A stretch of DNA of 36,144 bases, taken from IMG/VR virus record IMGVR_UViG_3300037792_000015, positions 1 to 36,144 of that record; one strand, 5' to 3'. The notes under the pieces were generated by a model. The model was not told the origin of the DNA, did no database searches, and saw only the letters and a program-made list of their open reading frames with translations. The translations under genes and the position numbers were made by a program. Source of the stretch: a virus (taxonomy: Duplodnaviria > Caudoviricetes). Shown here in pieces: positions 23,868 to 33,675 of this stretch (the stretch's first letter is position 1; every line of letters starts with the position of its first letter).

Positions 23868-24389
23868 ATGCCTGTATCTCCCTCTGTCGGAAACCTCTGG
23901 ATTGGTAAGGGCATCGTCACCTTCCAGGCGACCGGCGAAACCGGACCCCGCGATGTTGGCGAGGTTTCCGAACTGGAATTCACCCCGGCCATCGAGAAGC
24001 TCGACTACTTCTCGAACCGTCAGGGCGTCCGCCAAAAGGTGCTGTCTGTGATCGTGGAGCGCTCCGGCACCATCCGCATGGTGATGGATGAAGTCACCGC
24101 GCAGAACCTTGCGCTGGCCGTCGCGGGCACGATCACGCAGAACACCGCAGGTGATGATGTCGTGGCCATGCTGGCGACAAACGAAACCACTGGCGTCCTG
24201 CGGGTCACGGGCACAAACGAGGTCGGCCAGCAGGTCGATGCCGAGTTCCTGAACGTGTCCTTCTCGCCCGAGGGTTCGCTGAACTTCATCTCGGATGAGT
24301 TCGGTTCGATCGAGATCACCGGCGAAGTGCTGGCCGACAGCAACGGCGACTTCGGCACCCTGACCGTCCGTGATGCGAACTCCGCCTGA
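23868..24389 (+). CDS. Major tail tube protein
   Basis: Strong SD AAGGAGG; IGKG.V.F, RDVG.V..LEF, DE.T..NL.L, L..ISDEFG.IE.TGEVL. Confidence 0.8.
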   Translation: MPVSPSVGNLWIGKGIVTFQATGETGPRDVGEVSELEFTPAIEKLDYFSNRQGVRQKVLSVIVERSGTIRMVMDEVTAQNLALAVAGTITQNTAGDDVVAMLATNETTGVLRVTGTNEVGQQVDAEFLNVSFSPEGSLNFISDEFGSIEITGEVLADSNGDFGTLTVRDANSA

Positions 24390-24766
24390 TGGCCTCGCTT
24401 CTTGACATCGCACCCCTGACCGAAACCGTCTCGGTCAGGGGCACCGACATCCCCGTAACGGGGGTATCTGCCAAGGGTATCGCGCATATCATGGCGCGCT
24501 TCCCAGAGGTCCGCGAGATGATGGTGGGCCGCGAGGTTTCCGTCGATCGTCTGATCGAGCTGGGCGGCGATGCCGTGGGCGCGATCATCGCGGCGGGCAC
24601 CGGCAACCCGGGCGATCCTGACCATGAGCGCATCGCGGCGGGTCTTCTCCTCGAGGAGCAGGCCGATCTGCTGGCGGTGATCCTGCGGGTGACATTGCCC
24701 AAAGGTGTCGGCCCTTTGGTCGAAAAGCTGACGGCGATGGGCGGCGCCCTCGGCGTCGAAGCATAG
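24389..24766 (+). CDS. Tail assembly chaperone (gpG-like)
   Basis: Between tail tube and tape measure; slippery heptamer C CCT TTG at 24712-24718. Confidence 0.75.
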   Translation: MASLLDIAPLTETVSVRGTDIPVTGVSAKGIAHIMARFPEVREMMVGREVSVDRLIELGGDAVGAIIAAGTGNPGDPDHERIAAGLLLEEQADLLAVILRVTLPKGVGPLVEKLTAMGGALGVEA

Positions 24767-24990
24767 CCTTCGGCCCCGGATACGAGCTGGCCCAAGCCAT
24801 CGAGGCCTTGATCGCCTGGGGGCATCATGGCGCGTGGGACTACACCCCGCGCCAGATCGCGGGGTTTCACAACTTCGCCTCCAAGCGCCAGAAGCAAGAG
24901 GTCGCGCGGGACTTGTCGATCATGGCATCGGCATCGCGCGGCGATCCGAAAGAGCTGAAGAAACAGATCCGGGATCTACAGAAGCCATGA
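24712..24990 (+). CDS. gpT-like extension, probably expressed by -1 frameshift from the chaperone gene
   Basis: The -1 frame is open from the slippery site to TGA 24990: ...YELAQAIEALIAWGHHGAWDYTPRQI...; no good independent start. Confidence 0.6.
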   Translation, partial: PFGRKADGDGRRPRRRSIAFGPGYELAQAIEALIAWGHHGAWDYTPRQIAGFHNFASKRQKQEVARDLSIMASASRGDPKELKKQIRDLQKP

Positions 24991-25655
24991 AGTTCTCGCT
25001 GAAATATGACGCCAAGAAGAACGACTTTGCCGAGGCTATGGGTGCACTTGCTGATCCTATCTCAAAGGCCGGAACTGAAGCTATCAAGGCAGCAGGTGAA
25101 ATCGCAAAGACCGAGGGTCGAAAGAGTATCGGCGCGGCTGGGTTCTCAAAGCGTTGGGAGAATACCCTGCGATCCGATGCCTACCCAGGAAAAAAGAAGA
25201 ACAGTTTAAATGCGGCAACGGCGATCTTTCACAAGATCCCTTATGCCGATGTATTTGAGAGCGGGGCAACAGTCCGGGGAAGCCCTACCTTGTGGGTTCC
25301 GTTTTCGTCAACGCCAACCAAGCGGACTTCGCAAAACGATAGAAAGCAGTTTACCCCTAAAAAGTTCATCAGGCAGGTGGCGCCTCTTTTCCCACTCCCA
25401 AGCAGGAACGGAAAGAAGATCCTCGCAGCACAGATGGCCGTCAGCAAGTCCGCAGCCAAACGCGGCCCGCCCTACAAGCCGACACTGGCAGGCCTCCGGC
25501 GCGGGGCTGCCGGTCAGGGAATAACCGTGTCAATTCCGATATTCTTTGGAATTGACCAGCTCAGCATCCGCAAGAAATTTAACATCACAAAAGCAGTAGA
25601 CGATGCTGCGGCCCAGTTGCCGCAGCTCTACCTGCGCTTCCTGAAAGCTGACTGA
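24987..25655 (+). CDS. Basic tail-completion-like protein (DUF6441-like), 222 aa
   Basis: Start ATG 24987 (ATGA); R..I..AGF..RW..T.R...YP, F..GATV.G.P.LWVP, PIF. Confidence 0.6.
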   Translation: MKFSLKYDAKKNDFAEAMGALADPISKAGTEAIKAAGEIAKTEGRKSIGAAGFSKRWENTLRSDAYPGKKKNSLNAATAIFHKIPYADVFESGATVRGSPTLWVPFSSTPTKRTSQNDRKQFTPKKFIRQVAPLFPLPSRNGKKILAAQMAVSKSAAKRGPPYKPTLAGLRRGAAGQGITVSIPIFFGIDQLSIRKKFNITKAVDDAAAQLPQLYLRFLKAD

Positions 25656-28066
25656 TGGCCAGAACAATCTACCAGCGCATCGCCCTGGAGGGCGGGAAGG
25701 GTATTGCGGATGAGCTTCGCAAGATCGGCAAGGATGGCGAGGCCGCTTTTGTCGAGATCCGTGGCGCGGCGGCCAAGCTGTCGAAGGACCTGGGCGCGCT
25801 CGGCGGTGCCTTCAAAAACCTTGGCGGATCGCTGGCAACGGTGGGCAAGCGTCTGGGCATTGCAGGTGCCGCCGCAGTCGGTGCTGCCGCCGGTGTCGTG
25901 GCCCTGGCGAAATCCGGCACGGATCTGGCCGACTCTGCGAACAAGCAGGCGCAGGCGCTCGGTCTGGCGATCGACGAGTATGGACGGCTGTCCTTCGCGG
26001 CCTCGCAGTCTGGTGTGGATGCAGGCACCTTCGGCACGGCGATCACGCGGCTGAACCAAGAGATCGGCAAGGCTGCGGATGGCAACAAGGCTGCGCTGGA
26101 GAAGTTCCAAGAGCTTGGCATCTCGATCAGAGGGGCGGGCGGGCAGATCAAGCCGACCGAGCAGCTGATGCAGGAGCTGGCCAATCGCTTCGCGCAGCTG
26201 CCGGATGGGGCCGAGAAGTCTGCGCTTGCCACCGAACTGTTCGGTCGCGCCGGTGCGCGCCTGCTGCCGCTGCTGAACGGTGGTGCAGATGGCATCAGGA
26301 ACCTTGGCGACGAGGCGACTAGGCTGGGCATCGTCTTCACCAAAGAGCAGGCGGTCATTGCCGAGGGCATGAACGATGCACTCGAGGCTCTGTCTGCTGG
26401 TGTGTCTGGCACTCGCGCGCAGATTGGCCTGCTGTTCGCGCCCACGATCACCGACGCTGCGCGGGGCTTGCAGAAGCTGATCGAGGACAACCGGATCGCG
26501 ATCACCGAGTTCGTGGAGCGCGGGATCGAAATAGCGCTGCCGCTGGTGAAAGACTTTCTCAATGCCGTCATTGGAAATGATGTTGATGTTCAGAGTATTT
26601 GGGTTCTCAAGGCGAAACTTGAAATTCTCCGCTTCTCCTATGCTGTTCAGAACGCATTTCGGGATGTCATCATCCCTGCCTATGAAGCTCTCATAAGCGT
26701 ATCAAACACGGTCGCCGATGCAATCAACGGGGTTTTCGGCACGGACTTTACTGGGCAGGAGATCCTAATATCCGCAGCAATCATCAAGCTGGTAGGCGGT
26801 TTCGGACTCCTAAAGGACGCACTCGGCCTGATCACCGCAAGCCTTAAGCTCGGCGTGAGCTCGATGAACCTATTGATCAAAGCCTCTCCTCTTTTGGGGG
26901 CTGCCTTGGCGACGCTCGGAACTCAAGCCAAACGTCTAGGTCTGGCGCTTCTGCCGCTCCTTGGGTGGCCAGCCTTGCTTATCGCCGCGTTCGTTGTCCT
27001 GCCTGTGCTGCTCTACGTTTATTGGGATGAAATAGTCGCAGGTGCGAAGTGGCTATGGCAGCAGGTCAAGGCGGCGTTCAAGGAGGGGTGGGAGTTTGTC
27101 AAATTAAGTGGCGCCCTTGCCATTGAACAAGTGCTGGCTGGACTTGCGGCGCTCGGCCAGCAATTTGGCGAGTGGGGCCGACAGGCAGGGGAACTCTTCG
27201 CGGCGGGCTTACAAATGCTGGTCGATCTGGCCTCTCAGATTTGGGAGAACATTCGATCGGCAGCGGTCAATGCTATCGCCGGGATCGCTGAATCAGCAAG
27301 TGGCCTTTGGTCCGACATAGCCGCTGGTGCTCAGGAGAAACTTGCCGGTTTGGTTCAAATCTTCAGTGATTTGAACGCCAGCTTGGGTGTGGTCTGGGAT
27401 GCCATCCGTAACGGCGCATCCTCTGTCTTCTCCTTCCTTCGCGACGGCTTCTCAAATGTGGTGAGCTTTGTTGGAAATCTCTTCGACGGGCTGGCCAACC
27501 GGATCGAGCGCGTCTGGAACCGGATCAAGTCGATCATCGCCAGCGCGAAGGCGCAGTATAACCAGATCAACGACAACAATACCGGCACCAGCAGCCAGCG
27601 CGACGGCGTGGGCAGCTTCGCCACTGGCGGCATGGTCCGGGGTCCCGGCACGGCCACCAGCGACAGCATCCTTGCGCGCCTGTCGGATGGTGAATTCGTG
27701 GTCAAGGCCGCAGCGGTGCGGAAGTATGGCCCGCAGTTCCTTGCCGCCATCAACTCGCTGCGCTTCAAGATGCCGAAGTTCGCATCGGGCGGGCTGGTCA
27801 GCATGCCGAAGATGCCGCAATTCAACATGGGCGGTCTGGTCGATAGCCTCACAACGGGCATGCAGTATCAGGTCCCGCGCTTTGCCGATGGTGGAATGGT
27901 CGCAATCCCGGCGCAGGCACAGGGCCGTCCGGTCACGCTGAACATCGACGGTCGCACCTTCGACGGCCTGACCGCCTCGGAGAAGACCGCAGAGGATCTG
28001 TCGCGCTACGCCACAAACCGCCGCCTGAAAAGCGCCGGGCGCAAGCCCGGATGGGTAGGAGGCTGA
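25655..28066 (+). CDS. Tail tape measure protein
   Basis: 803 aa, Ala/Gly-rich and helical; A.ELFGRAG..LLPLL..G; periodic Trp/Phe; FATGG.V.GPGT.TSDSI.ARLSDGEFV. Confidence 0.95.
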   Translation: MARTIYQRIALEGGKGIADELRKIGKDGEAAFVEIRGAAAKLSKDLGALGGAFKNLGGSLATVGKRLGIAGAAAVGAAAGVVALAKSGTDLADSANKQAQALGLAIDEYGRLSFAASQSGVDAGTFGTAITRLNQEIGKAADGNKAALEKFQELGISIRGAGGQIKPTEQLMQELANRFAQLPDGAEKSALATELFGRAGARLLPLLNGGADGIRNLGDEATRLGIVFTKEQAVIAEGMNDALEALSAGVSGTRAQIGLLFAPTITDAARGLQKLIEDNRIAITEFVERGIEIALPLVKDFLNAVIGNDVDVQSIWVLKAKLEILRFSYAVQNAFRDVIIPAYEALISVSNTVADAINGVFGTDFTGQEILISAAIIKLVGGFGLLKDALGLITASLKLGVSSMNLLIKASPLLGAALATLGTQAKRLGLALLPLLGWPALLIAAFVVLPVLLYVYWDEIVAGAKWLWQQVKAAFKEGWEFVKLSGALAIEQVLAGLAALGQQFGEWGRQAGELFAAGLQMLVDLASQIWENIRSAAVNAIAGIAESASGLWSDIAAGAQEKLAGLVQIFSDLNASLGVVWDAIRNGASSVFSFLRDGFSNVVSFVGNLFDGLANRIERVWNRIKSIIASAKAQYNQINDNNTGTSSQRDGVGSFATGGMVRGPGTATSDSILARLSDGEFVVKAAAVRKYGPQFLAAINSLRFKMPKFASGGLVSMPKMPQFNMGGLVDSLTTGMQYQVPRFADGGMVAIPAQAQGRPVTLNIDGRTFDGLTASEKTAEDLSRYATNRRLKSAGRKPGWVGG

Positions 28067-28067
28067 C

Positions 28068-28496
28068 ATGCCGGAAACCGTCCTGACCATCACCGGCTTC
28101 GGCCTGACGCCCTATTCGGCGCGTGGCATCCAGCAGACCTTGGAGCCGATCCCGGAAAGCGCTGCGATGCGCCGCACGGTCAACGGTGCGCTGGTCGATA
28201 TCTCCGCGCCAGAGTTCCGCAAGTATCGCAGCGTGATCTCTTGCGAGGATATGAACGTGCCCGCCATCGACGGCGTCTGGCCGGGTCAACAGGTCACGGT
28301 CGCCTGCGCCTGCGAGCTGTCCTATGCGACCAGCGGCGGCTCTCCTGCGCGCACTGTCGTGTCAGGCTCCAGCCGCACGGAAGGCGACTTCACCTTCTAC
28401 CGCCCGCAGCTGACCATGCGGATCGTCAACTTCAATGAGGCCCTCGATGAGCTGGGCGCGGTGCTGTCCTGGCAGTTGGAGCTTGAAGAGGTATGA
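28068..28496 (+). CDS. Distal tail (Dit-like) protein
   Basis: Directly after the tape measure; RRTVNG.LVD; ends W.LELEEV. Confidence 0.7.
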   Translation: MPETVLTITGFGLTPYSARGIQQTLEPIPESAAMRRTVNGALVDISAPEFRKYRSVISCEDMNVPAIDGVWPGQQVTVACACELSYATSGGSPARTVVSGSSRTEGDFTFYRPQLTMRIVNFNEALDELGAVLSWQLELEEV

Positions 28497-30217
28497 TCTA
28501 TTTCGCTTGGGTCGCCTCGACCGATACGACCTTCTCCGAGACGTTCCACCGCGAGGATGAGAATGTCTTCAGCTTCACAGTCGATCATGAGGAAGGCGAC
28601 TTCGCCAGCCTGACGATCGAGATCCTGAACCCGCGTGTCGGCCTGCTCGGCGTGGCCCGCTCGCGCTGGTGCTGGCTCTCCTATGATGACGGCTCCACAG
28701 TCACGCCGCTCTTCTTCGGGCGGCTGGTGGGTGTGCCCGAGCGCGTGTCCGAAGAGATCGTCACACTGACCTTTGTCGCACGTCCGCAGAACTACACCGC
28801 CGCCAAGGAAGCCGTTGCCGCTGGCCTCCGGGTGCTGCCCTGGTTCGATCCGGTCTGGATCGGCGCGGATCGTCGGTCTGATCCAGATGTCGCGCTGGAA
28901 TCGCGCACGGCGCTCTACCACATCGACCGCACCACTCTGGCGGTGACAGTTTCTGACATCGTCGCGGGCGAGGCTGGCACCGTGGATATCGGCGGCAACC
29001 TGTTCCGCGACAGTCTCGACATGCGCTACACCCAGATCCCGGCGCGCACCGTGCGGGTCGCAGCCGAGATGACCTGGAACCAGAAGGCCAGCGGGTCGAT
29101 CGACATCAGCCGCCAGATCTGTGACGCCTTCGCCGAAGCGGGCACGGTCCTGACAAACCGGATCAGCACCTTCACGGGCGAGGGTCTGCTGCGTGACTGG
29201 CCGCGCACCGGCACCAAGATCGGCGCGGGATGGACGGTGGGCGCGGTGCAACTCCCCCGCGTAGATAGCGTCAACGTGCCTGCGCGCGGCTATATCGCCA
29301 ACACGGTGGAGAACCGGGTCTATTTCCCCGAGTGGGTGGTGCAGCCGACGATGCTGCTGGACTATGACGCAGACCGGGGCCGCGCCGAAACCATCACCTT
29401 CACCATCACCTCGGCCACACAGGACATCCTGACAGACGATGATGATGATGACGCTATCGAGCTGTCCTTTGCCAGCTCCGCCGCGGCTGAAACCATCGAC
29501 GGTGAAATCCCGATCGGGGATCTGCGCCGCCGCACCTGGTTCCAGACGGATCGGGGCCGGGACAGCCTGCGCTATCTGATGCTGGTCGCGCGCGCCCGCC
29601 TGATCGCCCAAGCCCGCGCCGTCGAGATCGAGGCCGACATTCCCTTCGCCATCGCGATCACGCTCTCCTGCCGCCACTCCGCCACGCTGGCAGATGCCCG
29701 CATTCCGGGCGGCACCGCCACGGGCAAGGTGGTGCGCTACAGCTTCGGCCTGTCTGGCGAGGACGGCCAGCTCAAGGGTTCGGTCGCCATTGCCTGCACC
29801 GTGGGCACCGGCGGCACGATCACGCCCGCAGATGGCGTCCCCGGCTATGCCGAGGGCGGCTATGTCAACACGGGCTATCAGACCAATATCGGCGGCGAGG
29901 AATTGCTGCTCACTGGCGATCTCGCCTTCGGGGAGTTCGGCGGGATCGAGGTGCAGGATGATGGGATCGACTTCTTCAACCTGACCGGCGCGTCGGTGGT
30001 CGAGGATTGCACCGTCTTCGACGGGCCCACCGCACAGCGCGCCGTGCTGGCGACACAGACCCAGACGCCACAGGAGGCGATCAACCTACTGAACCAGAGC
30101 TTCACGCGGGTCGAGCTGACGCTGTTCCCGGTCGATGGGGTGTCCTTCCTGACCGAGTATGATCTGTCGGAGCTGCGCCTTGCGATCCCGCAGACCATCG
30201 ACCTGGAGGCTGCATAA
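28493..30217 (+). CDS. Tail tip / baseplate hub protein
   Basis: 574 aa; follows Dit; PLFFGRLVGVP; beta-rich. Confidence 0.65.
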   Translation: MIYFAWVASTDTTFSETFHREDENVFSFTVDHEEGDFASLTIEILNPRVGLLGVARSRWCWLSYDDGSTVTPLFFGRLVGVPERVSEEIVTLTFVARPQNYTAAKEAVAAGLRVLPWFDPVWIGADRRSDPDVALESRTALYHIDRTTLAVTVSDIVAGEAGTVDIGGNLFRDSLDMRYTQIPARTVRVAAEMTWNQKASGSIDISRQICDAFAEAGTVLTNRISTFTGEGLLRDWPRTGTKIGAGWTVGAVQLPRVDSVNVPARGYIANTVENRVYFPEWVVQPTMLLDYDADRGRAETITFTITSATQDILTDDDDDDAIELSFASSAAAETIDGEIPIGDLRRRTWFQTDRGRDSLRYLMLVARARLIAQARAVEIEADIPFAIAITLSCRHSATLADARIPGGTATGKVVRYSFGLSGEDGQLKGSVAIACTVGTGGTITPADGVPGYAEGGYVNTGYQTNIGGEELLLTGDLAFGEFGGIEVQDDGIDFFNLTGASVVEDCTVFDGPTAQRAVLATQTQTPQEAINLLNQSFTRVELTLFPVDGVSFLTEYDLSELRLAIPQTIDLEAA

Positions 30218-30669
30218 TGTCCAGCCTGTCGATGGAAAGCATCGTGCGGCCGTTCGTGAAGATCGAGAGCCGCCCGCTCAACATCATCACGCCGCCGCCT
30301 GTCACAGATCCCGAAGAGGTGCCGCCCGCGTTCATCGAATGGGGTGCGCCCTCAAACTTCATCGCGCCCAACAGTCAGATCGACCGCCCGCTGGTGGTGA
30401 CCACCGATAACGATCGGGACTATTCCAGCTTCTCGGGCACGGTGAACTATCTTGAGCAGACCGATTCCATCTTCGATTGGGAACGCGAGATCGAGATCAA
30501 CGAGATATCGCGTCAGGTCCGCGAGGTCAGGATCTACAACCCCGAAGAGATGGACCTGCCGGAAGAGGATCGCACCAGCTATGTCGATGTGGAAGTGATC
30601 GACCGGATCGTCTTCCGCGCGCCTGATGGTGGGCGATGGGCCTTCGTTCTGAACAATGATGACGACTGA
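30217..30669 (+). CDS. Tail-tip-associated hypothetical protein
   Basis: 150 aa; TAATG coupling; EVRIYNP...YVDVEVID. Confidence 0.7.
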   Translation: MSSLSMESIVRPFVKIESRPLNIITPPPVTDPEEVPPAFIEWGAPSNFIAPNSQIDRPLVVTTDNDRDYSSFSGTVNYLEQTDSIFDWEREIEINEISRQVREVRIYNPEEMDLPEEDRTSYVDVEVIDRIVFRAPDGGRWAFVLNNDDD

Positions 30670-31370
30670 TGCCTGTCAGACTTGATCCGTTCCAGAACAT
30701 CGTCGGCGTGAATTGGGGTGGGCGGCTTGCGGCGATCTGTGAGCTGGCCTTCATCTTCGAAGGCCTTGGGCAGAATCCGTGGATGATCAATGTCGTGGTC
30801 AACTCACCGGAAACCCTTGGCCCGATCGGCGGGATCGCTGATGGCGATAGCGTCACCGGCCTGATCGAATACATCGACGGCGAATTCTACACCGTTCACA
30901 GCTTCATCCGGCGCGATGGATTCGACAACGATCCACGCTTCCCCGGTTTCCGTGGCGTCTGGGTGCGCCCGCTGGAGATCAGTGGCGGCTTCCCTGAAGT
31001 GGTCGAGCTGCGCCTCTTCGGTCGCTCGACGGATAGCAGCCTGCCAACTGTGGCGGCTGTGCTTGGCACATTCGGATTTGGCATTGAGTTGTTCCAGCCG
31101 GGCGAGTTTGTCGAGCGTCGGTTCGAGGGCTTGCTCTGGGAGCACTATCCAGTCGAGATCCCGCTGCCCGAGGAATACGAGGCAACCGTTGTGCGGGCGG
31201 ATCGCGAGCGCCGGTTTGAGCGATGGGGCAACCGCGCCTTCATCCGCACGATCGACGGCCTTGGCCCGGTCGCAGACTTTGGAACGCTTCGCCTGAACTT
31301 CCGCACCGGCGGCCATGAGCTGCTGCCGCCTGACCTGACACCAGAAACACCCGATCCAGTGTTTACATAG
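30669..31370 (+). CDS. Tail-tip-associated hypothetical protein
   Basis: 233 aa; TGATG coupling; N-terminus RLDPFQNIVGVNWG. Confidence 0.68.
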   Translation: MPVRLDPFQNIVGVNWGGRLAAICELAFIFEGLGQNPWMINVVVNSPETLGPIGGIADGDSVTGLIEYIDGEFYTVHSFIRRDGFDNDPRFPGFRGVWVRPLEISGGFPEVVELRLFGRSTDSSLPTVAAVLGTFGFGIELFQPGEFVERRFEGLLWEHYPVEIPLPEEYEATVVRADRERRFERWGNRAFIRTIDGLGPVADFGTLRLNFRTGGHELLPPDLTPETPDPVFT

Positions 31371-31378
31371 GAAAGCCG

Positions 31379-32290
31379 ATGCCAGTCATTTACAGAACCA
31401 CAGATGCAGGCCAATGGGGCGCGGGCAAGGGCGGCAACCTGACACCCGCAGAGGTCGATGGCAACTTCTATACCCTCGCGCAGGCGATCGCTGCTTTCGA
31501 CACGGGCCCCGCGCCCGCTGAGATCGACAATATCGTAGTGGCCGGCAACCAGATGACGATCATTCTGGACGATGCGCGCGAGTTCGGCCCCTACACGCTG
31601 CCCACAGCGGCGCTGCGCTGGCGTGGCAACTGGTCGGCTGTCACACCCTATGAGGTCAACGACCTGGTCACAGTGGGCGGTCAGGGCGTGTTCCTAGTGC
31701 TGGTCGCACATACTTCTGACAGCACGTTCGATCCTGACTACCTGGTCGGCAGCGACATTGCCTATCAGCTGACGCTGGCCGAGGTGCGCTATGCCTTCGA
31801 GTTTCAGGGCGACTGGGTGCAATCCACGGCCTATGCCGTCAACGATGTGGTGTCGGTCCCGGCACAGGGCATCTACCTGGTCTTGCAAGATCACACATCC
31901 GACACGGCGTTCGACCCGGACCGCCAGATCGCCGCGGCTGATGTCTATCAGCTGCTCTATGCGGAGCCGCGCAGTCTTGTGGTCGAGGTCACTGGCGCGA
32001 CACTTGTGTTCCCGACAACGATCTGGGGATATCACCGCTGCACCAATGTGGCCGGATGCGCTGTCACCTTACCCGCGAACGCGAGCGCGGCCCTGCCGAT
32101 CGGGACCGAGTTCCACTTTCGGCAATGCGCTGCGGGCGCGGTCAGCATCACGGGGGACACCGGCGTCACGGTGAACGTGCCTGCTGGTGCCAACCCGGAG
32201 ACAGCCGCTGTCGGCGCGGTCATAACGGCAAAGAAGGTGGCCACGAATGAGTGGGACATCTTCGGCCTGCTGGCGGAGGCCACTGCGTGA
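31379..32290 (+). CDS. Tail fibre adaptor with two tandem CBM5/12-like repeats of about 59 aa
   Basis: GKG..LT..EVD.NF N-terminus; W...T.Y.VND.V.V..QG..LVL..HTSD..FDPD twice; C-terminal beta domain. Confidence 0.72.
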   Translation: MPVIYRTTDAGQWGAGKGGNLTPAEVDGNFYTLAQAIAAFDTGPAPAEIDNIVVAGNQMTIILDDAREFGPYTLPTAALRWRGNWSAVTPYEVNDLVTVGGQGVFLVLVAHTSDSTFDPDYLVGSDIAYQLTLAEVRYAFEFQGDWVQSTAYAVNDVVSVPAQGIYLVLQDHTSDTAFDPDRQIAAADVYQLLYAEPRSLVVEVTGATLVFPTTIWGYHRCTNVAGCAVTLPANASAALPIGTEFHFRQCAAGAVSITGDTGVTVNVPAGANPETAAVGAVITAKKVATNEWDIFGLLAEATA

Positions 32291-33393
32291 TCCTCGGCAT
32301 CCTTGCGCGTCAGTTCGGTATCGGTGGCGGCGGTGGCGGAGGTGGTGGCACAGCGACCCGATACTGGCGGATGTATTTCACCGGCTCCACCAGTCAGGTG
32401 CGCTTCATGGGTGCCGGTCAGGTTGATATGGCGGAATCTGTGGGCGGCGTCAGCGTGATCGGTGCCGGCACGCCGTCGGCATCCAGCGAGCGTGGCAGCT
32501 TCTATGAGGCGCAGGACAGTTTCAACGGCAGCACCGGCGATCACTGGAACAGTGCCTCCGATCTTCAGGTGCCGTCCTGGCTACAATATGACTTCGGCGT
32601 CGGGGTCGAGGTGGACATCAACGAGATCGCGGTGACGGGCGCGCTTGGGTCGGGTGAAAACCTTTCGATGTTCGCGGGCGCGCTGGTGCAGTCCTCTGAT
32701 GATGGCACCGCTTGGACAACCCGCTGGGTGATCGAGCCGCAAGCGGTCTGGGCAGAATCGGAGGCGCGCACCTTCGACAGCACCGGGGGCCTGCCAGCCC
32801 TGTTTGTCTGCGACACGCAGCGCGTCAACGAAACAAGCGCCACCGCATCAACTACACTGACCGATATGCACTTCGGGCCGGAGCGGACCGATCGGCTGGT
32901 CGCGGTCGCCATTCAATCCACCCGACCCACGCCGATCAGCGCCGTGACGATCGGCGGTGTCGCTGCAACCTTGGCTGTCCGCAGCAAGGATGGCAGCGGC
33001 GGGTCGGCCTTTGTCGAGGTTTGGTATGCACGGCCGACCGGAACCGATGGCGATGTGGTGGTGACGCAGGGCGCATCCGAAACGGGATACACCCGCGCTA
33101 CTTCCTACAATATCGCAACGGCCACGGCCACGCCTGCGGCCACGGCGCGCTATGACACAGGCGTGTCGGGCGATATGTCGATCGCAGCACCGACCAGCTC
33201 TGTCGTAATCGCGGTCCCCTGCGGCGGCGTCTTCGGCGACGTGGATCTCGGTGGCCTCGATGACACCTTCATTCTGACGATCGGCACGACAGGCTACAAC
33301 GGTTTCGCCCAGGAGATCGTCGCCACGGGCGCCACCAAGACCATCACCGCAACAACCACAGCCGCCCGTGTCGCGGCCTGCTGGTCCATCTGA
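32287..33393 (+). CDS. Putative receptor-binding fibre protein with a discoidin (F5/8C)-like domain, 368 aa
   Basis: GTG start overlapping the upstream stop; MILGILA plus poly-Gly; RYWR, SASS, W.S, WLQYDFG, QSSDDG..WT. Confidence 0.68.
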   Translation: MILGILARQFGIGGGGGGGGGTATRYWRMYFTGSTSQVRFMGAGQVDMAESVGGVSVIGAGTPSASSERGSFYEAQDSFNGSTGDHWNSASDLQVPSWLQYDFGVGVEVDINEIAVTGALGSGENLSMFAGALVQSSDDGTAWTTRWVIEPQAVWAESEARTFDSTGGLPALFVCDTQRVNETSATASTTLTDMHFGPERTDRLVAVAIQSTRPTPISAVTIGGVAATLAVRSKDGSGGSAFVEVWYARPTGTDGDVVVTQGASETGYTRATSYNIATATATPAATARYDTGVSGDMSIAAPTSSVVIAVPCGGVFGDVDLGGLDDTFILTIGTTGYNGFAQEIVATGATKTITATTTAARVAACWSI

Positions 33394-33414
33394 TCCATCA
33401 AAAGGAGATCTATC

Positions 33415-33675
33415 ATGTCCAACCCGTTTGCGGGCCGCGTCGGCCTGTCCGGTCCTGCCAATGACCTCGAGCCGGTCACGCCTGATGATGACAACGATCT
33501 GCCGAACATGGCGATCTCGCTCTACATCGTGGGCGCTGGCGATGTGGCGTTCATCAGCGCGGCCGGTGAGTCCCGCACGGTGACGGTCCCGGCAAACTTC
33601 ATCCTGCCGGTGGGTGTCCGTCGCGTTCTGGAGGCCAGCACGGCAACCGGCATCCACGCCTTCACGGTGCAGTGA
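33415..33675 (+). CDS. Head spike base protein, RcGTA Rcc01079 (GhsA)-like
   Basis: L.GPA.....VTP.D..DL......LY..GAGDV....A.G ... ILPV.VRRV....TAT.I; SD AAAGGAG. Confidence 0.82.
   Translation: MSNPFAGRVGLSGPANDLEPVTPDDDNDLPNMAISLYIVGAGDVAFISAAGESRTVTVPANFILPVGVRRVLEASTATGIHAFTVQ

Noticed and set aside
24764-24811. Stop-codon read-through of the chaperone TAG
   Set aside because: It adds only 15 residues before another stop; the -1 frameshift explains the downstream ORF better
16031-29677. Long minus-strand ORFs (16031..17218, 19707..20726, 23166..24413, 25669..26571, 28397..29677)
   Set aside because: Codon-bias shadows of structural genes on the plus strand
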